Positions 30,403 to 40,140 of a stretch of 64,000 nt of DNA are shown one piece after another. A program made the translations under genes and the position numbers. Origin of the DNA: Candidatus Poseidoniia archaeon (GTDB lineage Archaea > Thermoplasmatota > Poseidoniia > MGIII > CG-Epi1); the NCBI GenBank assembly GCA_030748895.1, contig JASMLC010000005.1:35517-99516 (forward strand), in the 5' to 3' direction. Below the pieces are notes generated by a model that was not told the origin of the DNA, did no database searches, and saw only the letters and a program-made list of their open reading frames with translations. Each line of letters opens with the position of its first letter. Within the stretch, counting starts at the first letter, position 1.

Positions 30403-30441
30403 TTACCCAGGTAATCTTACATGACTGAGTTTTTCAAGCCT
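30403..30441 (+). repeat. 39-bp perfect direct repeat, right copy
   Basis: Identical to 28580-28618. Contains the ribosome-binding region and first 7 codons of the transglutaminase-like gene. Confidence 0.9.
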
Positions 30442-31104
30442 GAATTTAAACAGTACCTTCGGTCAGGTTGTTTTGTCGATAGTGATGCTCCTGCAGTAGT
30501 TGAATTTGCTCAGGCGGTGAGCTCTGGATCGGCGGAAAAGAGAGAGAAAGCAGTCAGTATCTACTACGCTGTGCGAGATACAATTCGCTACGACCCATAC
30601 AACATCGATTTAGCTCCTGAAGCTCTGACTGCCAGTTCTGTTCTGGCTAAGGGCAGAGGATTCTGCATAGTAAAAGCTAACCTACTGGCTGCCGCTGCAA
30701 GGGTGGTAGGTATCCCCAGTCGCCTCGGATATGCTAACGTACGCAACCACCTAACCACAGAGCGCCTTAACCAGTACATGAGGAGCGATGTTTTCGCCTT
30801 TCACGGTTTCACAGAACTTTACCTTGAGGGGCGCTGGGTGAAGGCAACGCCTGCCTTCAACCTCTCCCTCTGCCAGCGTTTTGACGTCAAGCCTCTGGAA
30901 TTTGACGGACAGAACGATTCCATATTTCATGAATACGATTCTCAGGGTCAACGCCATATGGAATACTTGCAGGATCTAGGTCACTATGCCGACTTACCCC
31001 GAAAACTGATGATTGCTACATTCCGAAAACATTATCCTCATCTCTACGATGGAACCGCCACCACACTCGATGGTGATTTTGAAGCAGATGCCTCTTTATC
31101 TTGA
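30421..31104 (+). CDS. transglutaminase-like superfamily protein (Cys-His-Asp core)
   Basis: GRGFCIVKANLLAAAARVVGIPSRLGYAN fits the transglutaminase-core GxCxxxAxxxxxxxRxxGIPAR signature; 227 aa. Confidence 0.6.
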   Translation: MTEFFKPEFKQYLRSGCFVDSDAPAVVEFAQAVSSGSAEKREKAVSIYYAVRDTIRYDPYNIDLAPEALTASSVLAKGRGFCIVKANLLAAAARVVGIPSRLGYANVRNHLTTERLNQYMRSDVFAFHGFTELYLEGRWVKATPAFNLSLCQRFDVKPLEFDGQNDSIFHEYDSQGQRHMEYLQDLGHYADLPRKLMIATFRKHYPHLYDGTATTLDGDFEADASLS

Positions 31105-31155
31105 GGTCAAACTGAGATACCCTACAGCCTTTAATGTGATTCTAGCTAGGTAATC

Positions 31156-31923
31156 ATGGAGAAAGTAATTACAGAGTCATTTTTTGATGGGCAGGTGGTT
31201 CGGTTTGTCCTGAATGCGCCTAAAATCAACGTACTGGATGCCGAGATGATGGCAGAATTACAGTCGGGATTGGGAACTATGGGTCACGACGTTAAGCTGA
31301 TACAGTTTATGGGAGCTGAAGATAATTTCAGTTATGGCGCATCAGTACCAGAACACACCAAAGAAAATGCTCAGGAAATGTTGATCCAGTTCCATGGACT
31401 TTTCAAAACTCTAATGCGCCTGTCGGTCCCTACAATGGCAATGGTGTCGGGACAATGTCTTGGTGGTGGAATGGAACTGGCTATTTCGTGTAACTTCCTT
31501 TTCCTAGACGAAACTGCAAGATTGGGCCAACCCGAAATTGTGTTGGGAGTATTCGCACCTCCGGCATCCTTGATTCTGCCAATGAAGGTTGGTCAGGCCA
31601 AAGCCGATGAATTGCTTCTTTCCGGCAGGAGCATGAAACCTAATGAGGTTATGTCTTCCGGTTTGGGGACGCAGCTTTTTGAGAGCCAACAATCAATGAT
31701 AGATGGTGCCAATAACTGGGTCGAAAAACACATCTTGGGAAAGAGTGCATCATCTCTGCGTTTTGCCAGCCGCGCAGCACGGACGGCATTTAACGAAAAC
31801 TTATCTGTGAGTCTGGACAAACTTGCTGAGACATACACAACCAAATTAATGGAAACTCACGATGCTAATGAAGGTATAGAAGCTTTTTTGGAGAAACGGA
31901 AGCCGAAGTGGACAAATAGTTGA
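31156..31923 (+). CDS. enoyl-CoA hydratase (short crotonase); Dch-like candidate (cyclohexa-1,5-diene-1-carbonyl-CoA hydratase)
   Basis: 255 aa crotonase fold; oxyanion-hole region GGGMELAISC. Confidence 0.65.
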   Translation: MEKVITESFFDGQVVRFVLNAPKINVLDAEMMAELQSGLGTMGHDVKLIQFMGAEDNFSYGASVPEHTKENAQEMLIQFHGLFKTLMRLSVPTMAMVSGQCLGGGMELAISCNFLFLDETARLGQPEIVLGVFAPPASLILPMKVGQAKADELLLSGRSMKPNEVMSSGLGTQLFESQQSMIDGANNWVEKHILGKSASSLRFASRAARTAFNENLSVSLDKLAETYTTKLMETHDANEGIEAFLEKRKPKWTNS

Positions 31924-31984
31924 TAGATAGAATCATCCATTTTGGAATAATAAATTGGTGCAAGGATTATGAAGGCTTACAACC

Positions 31985-32503
31985 ATGATCCATTGTGAGC
32001 TTCGAATCTGTGTGGGTTGCCGCATGTGCGAGGTTGCTTGCAGCTCGTTTCACTTTGGCAGTGTCACCCGGGCTATGTCCCGCATTCGTGTCGCCAAGCT
32101 GGAAAGTGTAGGTTTGGAGATGGCCATTGCCTGCCTCAGTTGCTTGGAGAAACCCTGTTTAGAGTGCCCCACTACGGCATTGTCTGTAGGCGACAAAGGC
32201 GAAATAATTCTGGATGAAGATTTATGCACGTCCTGCCAAATCTGTGTGGATGCATGCCCGGTGGGTGCTATCGGATTTTACGATCACTTGCCTCTTTATT
32301 GTGATCTGTGTGATGGTGCCACTTCCTGCGTGACCGCCTGCCCCAGCGGCGCTCTCTCATACATCGAAGATCACCGGGACAGTAGTCTGGTATCCTTCCT
32401 CCAGACTGATGGAAATCCCAATCAGAAACGTGCGAATTACGTTTCCGTGCAGGGTGAACCAATCCGCGAAGAATGGAAGGATGGCTTGAGGGTAGATTCG
32501 TGA
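31985..32503 (+). CDS. multi-cluster 4Fe-4S ferredoxin
   Basis: 172 aa with about 16 Cys in CxxCxxC(x)nCP-type groups; precedes and overlaps the AOR gene. Confidence 0.75.
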   Translation: MIHCELRICVGCRMCEVACSSFHFGSVTRAMSRIRVAKLESVGLEMAIACLSCLEKPCLECPTTALSVGDKGEIILDEDLCTSCQICVDACPVGAIGFYDHLPLYCDLCDGATSCVTACPSGALSYIEDHRDSSLVSFLQTDGNPNQKRANYVSVQGEPIREEWKDGLRVDS

Positions 32504-34284
32504 GTATCTGCCGAGGAACAAGTCTGCGAGTGGATCTGACTTACGGCAAGGTCGAAAAAAGTCAAACACCAGATAATGGAATTGGAGGGCGAACATGGAA
32601 CAGTATCACACTAATGAATGAATTAAAGCCCGGGATAGATCCACTGGGGCCAGAGAATATTCTTTGTATTGCAGTGGGACCACTTACAGGAAGCGAATTG
32701 ATCGGAACCTGCCGATTTATCGCCAGCGCCAAGAGTCCACTTACGGGGATTCTAGGAGATTCGGGAGCCAGAGGATTTTTCGCCCCGGAGCTACGGTGGG
32801 CCGGTTATCAACAAATTGTTTTCACAGGAGCTTCAGACAGGTGGACTTATCTTTTTATCGACGATGACAAAGTAGAACTCCGTGACGCTTCACACTTGGT
32901 GGGCCTGGACATCACAGAGACAACCGTCCAGCTTCAAGATGAACTTCACGATCCTGATCTCCAGGTTGCCGCCATTGGTCCCGCCGGAGAGAACCTAGTT
33001 CGATACTCAATAATTTCCTGCAATCTCGCTCGGGCTGCCGGTCGGACAGGAATGGGGGCAGTTATGGGGTCGAAGAAACTCAAAGCTATTGTTGTCCGGG
33101 GTAGTAAGCCAGTAACAGCCGTAGATCCAAAACGGTTCAAGAATACATGCGAACAGTTCAAACAGAGGATTGAAGAGAACGATGAGTTTGAAGACCGGCA
33201 TAAGTTTGGAACAACAAAAATCATGGATGAACTAGCAGAGATGGGCGTGTTACCAGCTTATCACTACAGAACAGCTCTTTTTGATGACCTAAAAAAAGTC
33301 AATGGTACGGCTCTACGCTGCGAACATGTCGTAAAAGCGAAATCGTGCTATAACTGCAATATCTATTGTTCTCGCTACACATATACAAAGTATAATGAAG
33401 GAGAAGGCCCAGAGTATGAGGCCCAGGCGGGATTTACCGTTAAATGTGGAAATCCCGATTTGGAACTGGCTGTAGCTGTATCCAATACAGTCAATAGGCT
33501 TGGGCTCGACTGCATCAGTATGGGAGAAGTCATCGCTTGGCTTATGGAATGCAGACACGAAGGAATAGTATCGGATGCGGAGGTTGGCGATATAGATCTA
33601 TCTTGGGGTTCGAAGGAAGCCCTGCTTCGACTCCCTGAAATGGTTGCTCACAGGGAGGGAATAGGTGACCTGTTGGCGGAAGGGACAAAGCGTGCAGCAA
33701 AGCAATTTGGTGAAGAAGCGCAAAAACTGACAGCCGAAGTGAAGGGGTTAGAACTGTTTTCTGCTGATCCCCGGGGGATTAAGGGATATGCTCTCATGAA
33801 TGCTGTCAATTCCCGGGGCGGAGATCACTATCGCGGCGAACCGTCTATTGAATTGACAGGAGATGAGGAATTGGCTCTGAAGCGTACAGGAAACCGGGAT
33901 GCGGCCCATAGATTAAAAGAGGAGGGGAAAGGGGTATTGGTTAACTATGCCGAACATATGGGGATTCTTTCTGACAGCATGACTCTTTGCAAGAATATTT
34001 CCTGTTGTATGGTGGATGTCATCGGCTTTGATTTCGCAGCAGAGGCTTACTCAGGGCTGCTAGGGCGTGATATAAAGGCGCAACAACTTTGGGAAATCTG
34101 TTCCTATGTCAGCCAAGTCGAAAGAGAATTCAACATTCGCGAAGGCCTCCAACCAGAAGATGACACTCTTCCTGCCCGCTTTGTGGATTACCCCATTCCA
34201 GATGGACCGGCGAAGGGGACGACGATAGATATTGATAGAATGGTCAAGGATTATTACAAAGAAAAAGGGTGGAAAAACAACTAA
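32473..34284 (+). CDS. aldehyde:ferredoxin oxidoreductase (tungsten AOR family)
   Basis: 603 aa; N-terminal LRVDLT..G region, Cys ligands and overall AOR architecture. True start may be slightly downstream of 32473. Confidence 0.8.
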   Translation: MEGWLEGRFVSICRGTSLRVDLTYGKVEKSQTPDNGIGGRTWNSITLMNELKPGIDPLGPENILCIAVGPLTGSELIGTCRFIASAKSPLTGILGDSGARGFFAPELRWAGYQQIVFTGASDRWTYLFIDDDKVELRDASHLVGLDITETTVQLQDELHDPDLQVAAIGPAGENLVRYSIISCNLARAAGRTGMGAVMGSKKLKAIVVRGSKPVTAVDPKRFKNTCEQFKQRIEENDEFEDRHKFGTTKIMDELAEMGVLPAYHYRTALFDDLKKVNGTALRCEHVVKAKSCYNCNIYCSRYTYTKYNEGEGPEYEAQAGFTVKCGNPDLELAVAVSNTVNRLGLDCISMGEVIAWLMECRHEGIVSDAEVGDIDLSWGSKEALLRLPEMVAHREGIGDLLAEGTKRAAKQFGEEAQKLTAEVKGLELFSADPRGIKGYALMNAVNSRGGDHYRGEPSIELTGDEELALKRTGNRDAAHRLKEEGKGVLVNYAEHMGILSDSMTLCKNISCCMVDVIGFDFAAEAYSGLLGRDIKAQQLWEICSYVSQVEREFNIREGLQPEDDTLPARFVDYPIPDGPAKGTTIDIDRMVKDYYKEKGWKNN

Positions 34285-34305
34285 CAGGAAAATTATGGAG
34301 ATTTT

Positions 34306-35055
34306 ATGAGCAAACGCTTGGAAGGAAAGACAGCATTAGTAACTGGGGGAAGCTCCGGGATTGGTACAGCCATCGTTCAGAGTCTAGCAGGAGAAGGTGC
34401 GAATGTCGCTTTCACATATCACAGCAATAAGGAAGGGGCGGAAACAGTTCTTGCAGAAATAGAATCAATGGGCGTGAAGGGTATATATTTTCAGGCAGAT
34501 ATGGCAGATTATGCTAAAGCTCAAGAAATAGTAGACCAGGCCATTGAAAAATTTGGAACCTTGGATATTCTGGTGAATAATGCCGGCGCCAATCAGGATA
34601 GGGTAATTTGGAAAATGACAGAAACAATGTGGGACGAAGTCATTGCTACTGATTTAAAAGGTGTTTTCAACTATATTCGGGCCGCAGCTCCCACTTTCAG
34701 GGAAAAGAAATCTGGCCGAATCATTACCATTTCGTCCATTAACGCCCTCCGGGGAAAGTTTGGCCAATCGAATTATGCTGCTGCCAAAGCTGGTGTGATT
34801 GGCTTGTCTAAAAGTGTGGCCAAGGAAATGGGACGGGCAAATGTAACTGTGAATGTCATCTGTCCCGGACTTATCGCGACTAAAATGATCCAGAGTATGC
34901 CGGATGATTTCAAGAAGAAAGCACTGGAAGAAATTGTGCTGGGCCGCATCGGTAGCCCAGAAGATATTGCCGAATTGACCACCTTTTTGGCTAGTGACAG
35001 TGCAAAACACATTACCGGTGAAGTTATCAAAGTAGATGGAGGACAATATATCTGA
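34306..35055 (+). CDS. short-chain dehydrogenase/reductase (FabG-like 3-oxoacyl / 3-hydroxyacyl-CoA dehydrogenase)
   Basis: TGGSSGIG, NNAG, YxxxK motifs; 249 aa. Confidence 0.8.
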   Translation: MSKRLEGKTALVTGGSSGIGTAIVQSLAGEGANVAFTYHSNKEGAETVLAEIESMGVKGIYFQADMADYAKAQEIVDQAIEKFGTLDILVNNAGANQDRVIWKMTETMWDEVIATDLKGVFNYIRAAAPTFREKKSGRIITISSINALRGKFGQSNYAAAKAGVIGLSKSVAKEMGRANVTVNVICPGLIATKMIQSMPDDFKKKALEEIVLGRIGSPEDIAELTTFLASDSAKHITGEVIKVDGGQYI

Positions 35056-36191
35056 TGAATCCAGTTTTTTTAATTGACGGCTGCCGTTCACCAATTGGTA
35101 GGGGCCATCCAGAAAAGGGACTATACCATAACCTTCGTGCGGATGAATTATCTGTTCAAGTTCTTCAGGCTCTGATTGATCGTACCGAGCTCAATCCGGA
35201 ACAGATTGATGATTTTTATCTCGGATGTGTCGGTCAGCATCTGGAACAGGGAAAGAATTTAGCCCGGTTAATTATTCTTCTGGCCGATTTGCCTGAAACA
35301 ACACCAGGCGCTACGGTTAATCGCCTGTGCAGCTCTAGTCTGACTGCCCTCCAGATGGCAACCGACAGTATCAGGGCAGGAACGAATAGCCAGATGCTGG
35401 TTGGCGGCGTCGAGCATCTGGGCCATGTCCCCATGACGGCAGCTTTGGGATACCATCCGAATCTTTTCAAGAGCTACGATTTTCAGTGGACCAATATGGG
35501 CCTTACTGCGGAAAAGCTATCAGAAGATTTTGGCATTAACCGGACTGAGCAGGACGCATTTGCGATGGAATCCAACCGGCGATACTTTGATGCCTGCGAG
35601 GCTGGTTTCCTTACTAGGGAGAGGGTACCTGTGACTTTGCCTGACGGGAAGGTTGTCACCGAAGACCAAGAGCCCCGTCTCTCAACACTGGAATCACTAT
35701 CGGGGCTGCGAACAGTCTTCAAGGAAAATGGCACGGTCACGGCGGCGAACAGTTCAGGAATTTCAGACGGTGCCTGCATGGCCTGGATAGGGGACCAAGG
35801 CACTGTCGAGCAGTCCGGCAAAGAACCGCTAGCGGAAATCATGACGACCGCCAATGTCGGGTTGAATCCGGAAACCATGGGTCTTGGTCCTGTTTCTGCA
35901 ATAAGAAAATTACTGAAGATGACGGGACTATCACTGGATGAAATCGACCTGTTCGAAATTAATGAGGCCTTTGCGGTACAGGTACTAGCATGTCAACGAA
36001 AACTCGGTATTGATGAAACTAAATTGAACATTCATGGTGGCGCCGTTGCCCTAGGACATCCGCTAGGGATGTCTGGTCTGAGGATTGCGGTGACACTTGC
36101 CCATAGCATGGGTGCACAGAATGCCCACTATGGAATAGCTTCACTCTGTGTGGGGCATGGGCAGGGAGTGGCTATGCTTTTGAAACGATAA
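35055..36191 (+). CDS. thiolase (acetyl-CoA C-acyltransferase, FadA-like)
   Basis: NRLCSSSL active-site Cys region, C-terminal GHPLG and CVGHGQG motifs; 378 aa. Confidence 0.85.
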   Translation: MNPVFLIDGCRSPIGRGHPEKGLYHNLRADELSVQVLQALIDRTELNPEQIDDFYLGCVGQHLEQGKNLARLIILLADLPETTPGATVNRLCSSSLTALQMATDSIRAGTNSQMLVGGVEHLGHVPMTAALGYHPNLFKSYDFQWTNMGLTAEKLSEDFGINRTEQDAFAMESNRRYFDACEAGFLTRERVPVTLPDGKVVTEDQEPRLSTLESLSGLRTVFKENGTVTAANSSGISDGACMAWIGDQGTVEQSGKEPLAEIMTTANVGLNPETMGLGPVSAIRKLLKMTGLSLDEIDLFEINEAFAVQVLACQRKLGIDETKLNIHGGAVALGHPLGMSGLRIAVTLAHSMGAQNAHYGIASLCVGHGQGVAMLLKR

Positions 36192-36203
36192 AACGACCAA
36201 TTC

Positions 36204-36671
36204 ATGGAAAAAATTCAATTAAGCATTAATGGTTCGGTACGTACTATTCTAATAGATTCTCATGAGACAATCCTTGAAACCCTTCGCAATCGACTAAATC
36301 TCACTGGGACCAAACAATGCTGTAATGAAGGCACTTGCGGCAGTTGTACGATTCTGCTGGACGGCAAACCTGTTCTGGGGTGCCTGACACTGGCAATCTG
36401 TTGTGTTGATAAGGAAATTGTTACTATTGAAGGAGTCAGCCCGGGAAATGACTTACACCCCGTACAAAAATATCTGGTACAAGACGGTGGTTTGCAGTGC
36501 GGTTTCTGTACACCTGGAGTGGTGATGACCTCGATTCCATTTCTAGAAAAAAACCCCAACCCTTCCAGAGCTGAAATCAGAGAGGGTATTGCAGGAAATT
36601 TATGCCGGTGCACGGGTTATAAAAAAATCATTGAAGCAATCGAAGATGCTGCTGAGGAGATGAATAGATGA
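36204..36671 (+). CDS. (2Fe-2S)-binding small subunit of an XDH/CODH/HcrC-family molybdenum hydroxylase
   Basis: CNEGTCGSCT and CGFCTPG / CRCTGY motifs; 155 aa. Confidence 0.85.
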   Translation: MEKIQLSINGSVRTILIDSHETILETLRNRLNLTGTKQCCNEGTCGSCTILLDGKPVLGCLTLAICCVDKEIVTIEGVSPGNDLHPVQKYLVQDGGLQCGFCTPGVVMTSIPFLEKNPNPSRAEIREGIAGNLCRCTGYKKIIEAIEDAAEEMNR

Positions 36672-38944
36672 ATGGTCCTATTGGGAAGCCGACGCCCTCC
36701 ATCGACGGAGTTCAGAAAGTGACTGGACAGGCTATGTACACTGACGATTTGAGGTTCCCTAACATGCTTTTTGTCGGCTTACTAAGAAGTCCCTATGCCC
36801 ATGCCCGTATCAAGCATATTGACACGTCTGTAGCAAAAGCAGACCCGGATGTGGCAGCAGTTACCGTTGGTACTGATCTACCTATTTCCTTCGGTGTTTT
36901 AGCTATCAGTCCTGATGAAAATGCCATGGCTGTTGAAAAAGTAAGGTATGTGGGTGAAATCGTTGCTGCTGTTGCTGCAGAAACTATGGAGGCCGCTTGG
37001 AACGGTGTGAAAAAAATAATCGTAGAGTATGAGCCTCTCCGTGAATTTCTTGACCCTCACGAATCACTGGAAACTTGTAGGGAAGATGAACAGATTCACA
37101 GCCATACAAAGGATAATAAGAATATCCACAAGACTGCTGAACTACGATTTAATGAACCAGAAAAGGCATTGAGAAACTTACCATTCCAGCGGAAGGAGTC
37201 ATTCAAATTTGCAGGCGTAACTCACGCATTTACTGAACCGCATTCGACCATTGCTATCTGGAATGGAGACGAAACCCTCACGGTCATCAGTGCGACACAG
37301 GTTCCCCACTATCTCCACAAGAACTTGTCAAAAGTGTTAGAACTCCCTATGCATCGAATTCAGGTTAAGAAACCTGCACTGGGAGGTGGTTTCGGTGGAA
37401 AGAGTGACCCCTTTCCCCATGAAATGATTACTGCATATCTATCCATGAAGACTAGAAGGCCAGTGAAATGCACCTTTTCCAGAGAAGAAGTTTTCATCAC
37501 CAATCACGGCCGACACCCCACCCAGATCGAGATGTCTGTCGGTTGTGATGATGATGGAAAAATAATCGCCTTGGATACAGATGTCATAATTGATGGTGGA
37601 GCCTACGGAAGTTTCGGAGTAGTAACCTCCTATTACAATGGTGTATTGCTTCAGGGCCCTTACAAGATAGATAAATTTGGTTTCCGGACACGGCGAACTT
37701 ACACGAACAAACCTCAGTGTGGTGCCATGCGTGGGCATGGTGCTGTGAATCCCAGGTATGCCATTGAAGTAATACTAGATATGTTGTCACATGACATGGA
37801 TATGGATCCCTGTGACCTGCGGCAAATAAATTTTCTGCCCGAAAATACCTTGACTGTTGGGCAACTGCGTATCACCAGTAACGGCGTGCAGGATTGCCTG
37901 AAGGCAGTACGCAAAAAATCGGACTGGGATAACCGTTACGGAAAGCTCCCGTACGGTCGTGGGCTTGGTGTTGCCTGTGGTTTTTTCATCAGTGGCAGTG
38001 CGCTACCTATTATCTGGAACCGTTATCCACAGACTGTGGTGCATGCAAAACTCGACTTTGATGGCAGAGTCGTCATGTTCAGTGGTGCCAGTGACATTGG
38101 TCAGGGGAGTGATACACTACTGGTTCAGATTGCTGCCGAAGAACTAGGCATTCCCATGGATTTTGTGCAGGTGGAGACAGCAGATACCAAGACCACCCCG
38201 GTTGATTTAGGCAGCTATTCCAGCCGTGTTACTTTCATGGCCGGAAATGCCGCAAAAGTAGCTGCCGAAAAAATCCGTAACGAATTGGCTTGCGCAATTG
38301 CCAATGAGAAGGGAGTGCCTGTAGATGATATTTGCTTCAGTAATGGGAAAATATTCACTGATGATGGGACCTTGGACATATTATGGGAAGATGGCGTAGA
38401 AATTGCCATGGCTGGCCGGGGTTCGTTCGTTAAAAGTGGATATTATATCTCACCCAAGATGGGAGGTGATTTCAAGGGTGCTGGAGCCGGGCAGAGTCCC
38501 GCATACAGTTTTGGTGCTTTTATCTCCGAAGTAGTAGTAAATTCGGATACGGGGGCTGTAAATGTTGAGAAAGTCTGGGCCGCCCATGACTGCGGGAAGG
38601 CATTGAATCCGCTGGCTGTCGAAGGCCAGATTGAAGGCAGCATTCATATGGGGCTGGGCCAAGTCGTTTCCGAAGACATGCGCTATGAAAAGGGCCAGAT
38701 AATGAATGCCAACTTCTTTGACTATCGCATTCCCTACAGTGTAGATACTCCGGAAATGGATGTGACAATTATTGAATCCAATGATGAAGAAGGCCCATAT
38801 GGTGCTAAAGAGGCTGGCGAAGGGCCTATTCATCCAGTCTTACCATCTATCGGGAATGCTATTTTTGACGCGGTGGGAATCCGGATGACAGAATTGCCTC
38901 TCACCCCAGAAAAAATACTGGCAAAAATTCAGGAGAAAAACTGA
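36668..38944 (+). CDS. molybdopterin-binding large subunit (XDH/CODH/HcrA family)
   Basis: 758 aa; aldehyde oxidase/xanthine DH a/b hammerhead and Mo-binding domains. Confidence 0.8.
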   Translation: MNGPIGKPTPSIDGVQKVTGQAMYTDDLRFPNMLFVGLLRSPYAHARIKHIDTSVAKADPDVAAVTVGTDLPISFGVLAISPDENAMAVEKVRYVGEIVAAVAAETMEAAWNGVKKIIVEYEPLREFLDPHESLETCREDEQIHSHTKDNKNIHKTAELRFNEPEKALRNLPFQRKESFKFAGVTHAFTEPHSTIAIWNGDETLTVISATQVPHYLHKNLSKVLELPMHRIQVKKPALGGGFGGKSDPFPHEMITAYLSMKTRRPVKCTFSREEVFITNHGRHPTQIEMSVGCDDDGKIIALDTDVIIDGGAYGSFGVVTSYYNGVLLQGPYKIDKFGFRTRRTYTNKPQCGAMRGHGAVNPRYAIEVILDMLSHDMDMDPCDLRQINFLPENTLTVGQLRITSNGVQDCLKAVRKKSDWDNRYGKLPYGRGLGVACGFFISGSALPIIWNRYPQTVVHAKLDFDGRVVMFSGASDIGQGSDTLLVQIAAEELGIPMDFVQVETADTKTTPVDLGSYSSRVTFMAGNAAKVAAEKIRNELACAIANEKGVPVDDICFSNGKIFTDDGTLDILWEDGVEIAMAGRGSFVKSGYYISPKMGGDFKGAGAGQSPAYSFGAFISEVVVNSDTGAVNVEKVWAAHDCGKALNPLAVEGQIEGSIHMGLGQVVSEDMRYEKGQIMNANFFDYRIPYSVDTPEMDVTIIESNDEEGPYGAKEAGEGPIHPVLPSIGNAIFDAVGIRMTELPLTPEKILAKIQEKN

Positions 38945-40071
38945 TGGATTTTGAGTTGAATAGTGATCAGGAATTGATTCAGAAAACATTTCGTGATTTT
39001 GTAGAGCAAGCAGTCATACCACAAGCAGAGGCGATTGATCAAAGGAAAGAGTTTCCAATGGAATTGTTCAAGAAGGTGGCAGACCTTGGCTTTTTTGGTA
39101 TGCGCTATCCTGAGGATGCGGGTGGGGTTGGTGCAGATACCATTTCTTACTGTCTTGCAACTATTGAATTAGCCAAAGGTTCACTCTCGCTGGCAGCTGC
39201 CTGTACCATGCAATCACTGATGGCTACCTATTTCCTCTACCGTTTCGGCGATGATGATTTGAAACCGTATTTTGACCAAGCATTGAAAGGCGGAAAAATT
39301 GGCACAATCTGCATGACCGAACCTGACGCCGGAAGTGACCTGAACAGTATCCGCACAATGGCTAACGTACTTGATGACGGTTTCGTCCTGAGTGGACAAA
39401 AAATTTGGGTAACATCTGCACCAGTAGCAGATTTTCTGACTGTTTTCGCCAAAACAGACAATCATGAAAAAATCTCTATATTCTTTGTCCCAACCAATCT
39501 AGAAGGTGTCACAATTGGAAAGAACATAGATAAACTCGGTGTTCGCGGCTCCGTAACCAGTGAAGTGTCTTTCGATAGGGTGAAGCTTCCCGGGAACTAC
39601 CTACTAGGTGAGATTGGTGAGGGGACGACATGCCTCAGAGAAATTCTTGCAGAGATAAGAATAATGACTGCTGCCCTCTCCGTAGGGGTAGCAACGGCCG
39701 CTCTTGAAGAGGCTGTCAAATATGCCAAAACACGTGTCCAATTCGGAAGGCCTATCGGAAAGTTCCAGGCCATAAGGACCAAGTGCGCCGAAATGACTGT
39801 CCAACTTGAGACTGCACGCCATTACCTCTTCTACGCGGCATCTCTCACTGACCGTGATTTACCAAGACAAAAAGAGTCGATGATTGCCAAACTGTACGCC
39901 TCCGAATGTGCCAATTCGATTTGCGATGTGGCGTCTAGGATTTTTGCGTCTTACGGCTATGCCACTGAATACCCGTTACAGAGGTATCTGCGTGATGCTC
40001 GGTTCCTCCTCATCGGCGGTGGGACATCTGAAATCCTCTCAATTAATATAGGTAAGGAGATGGGGCTGTGA
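38944..40071 (+). CDS. acyl-CoA dehydrogenase
   Basis: 375 aa; N-terminal helical, middle beta and C-terminal domains; GGGTSEI C-terminal motif. Confidence 0.85.
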   Translation: MDFELNSDQELIQKTFRDFVEQAVIPQAEAIDQRKEFPMELFKKVADLGFFGMRYPEDAGGVGADTISYCLATIELAKGSLSLAAACTMQSLMATYFLYRFGDDDLKPYFDQALKGGKIGTICMTEPDAGSDLNSIRTMANVLDDGFVLSGQKIWVTSAPVADFLTVFAKTDNHEKISIFFVPTNLEGVTIGKNIDKLGVRGSVTSEVSFDRVKLPGNYLLGEIGEGTTCLREILAEIRIMTAALSVGVATAALEEAVKYAKTRVQFGRPIGKFQAIRTKCAEMTVQLETARHYLFYAASLTDRDLPRQKESMIAKLYASECANSICDVASRIFASYGYATEYPLQRYLRDARFLLIGGGTSEILSINIGKEMGL

Positions 40072-40140
40072 ACCACTCCTTTTCCAGCATTATCTTCTCG
40101 AGTCTCGACGACGAAACGCAATTCATATATCCTTTCTTAC

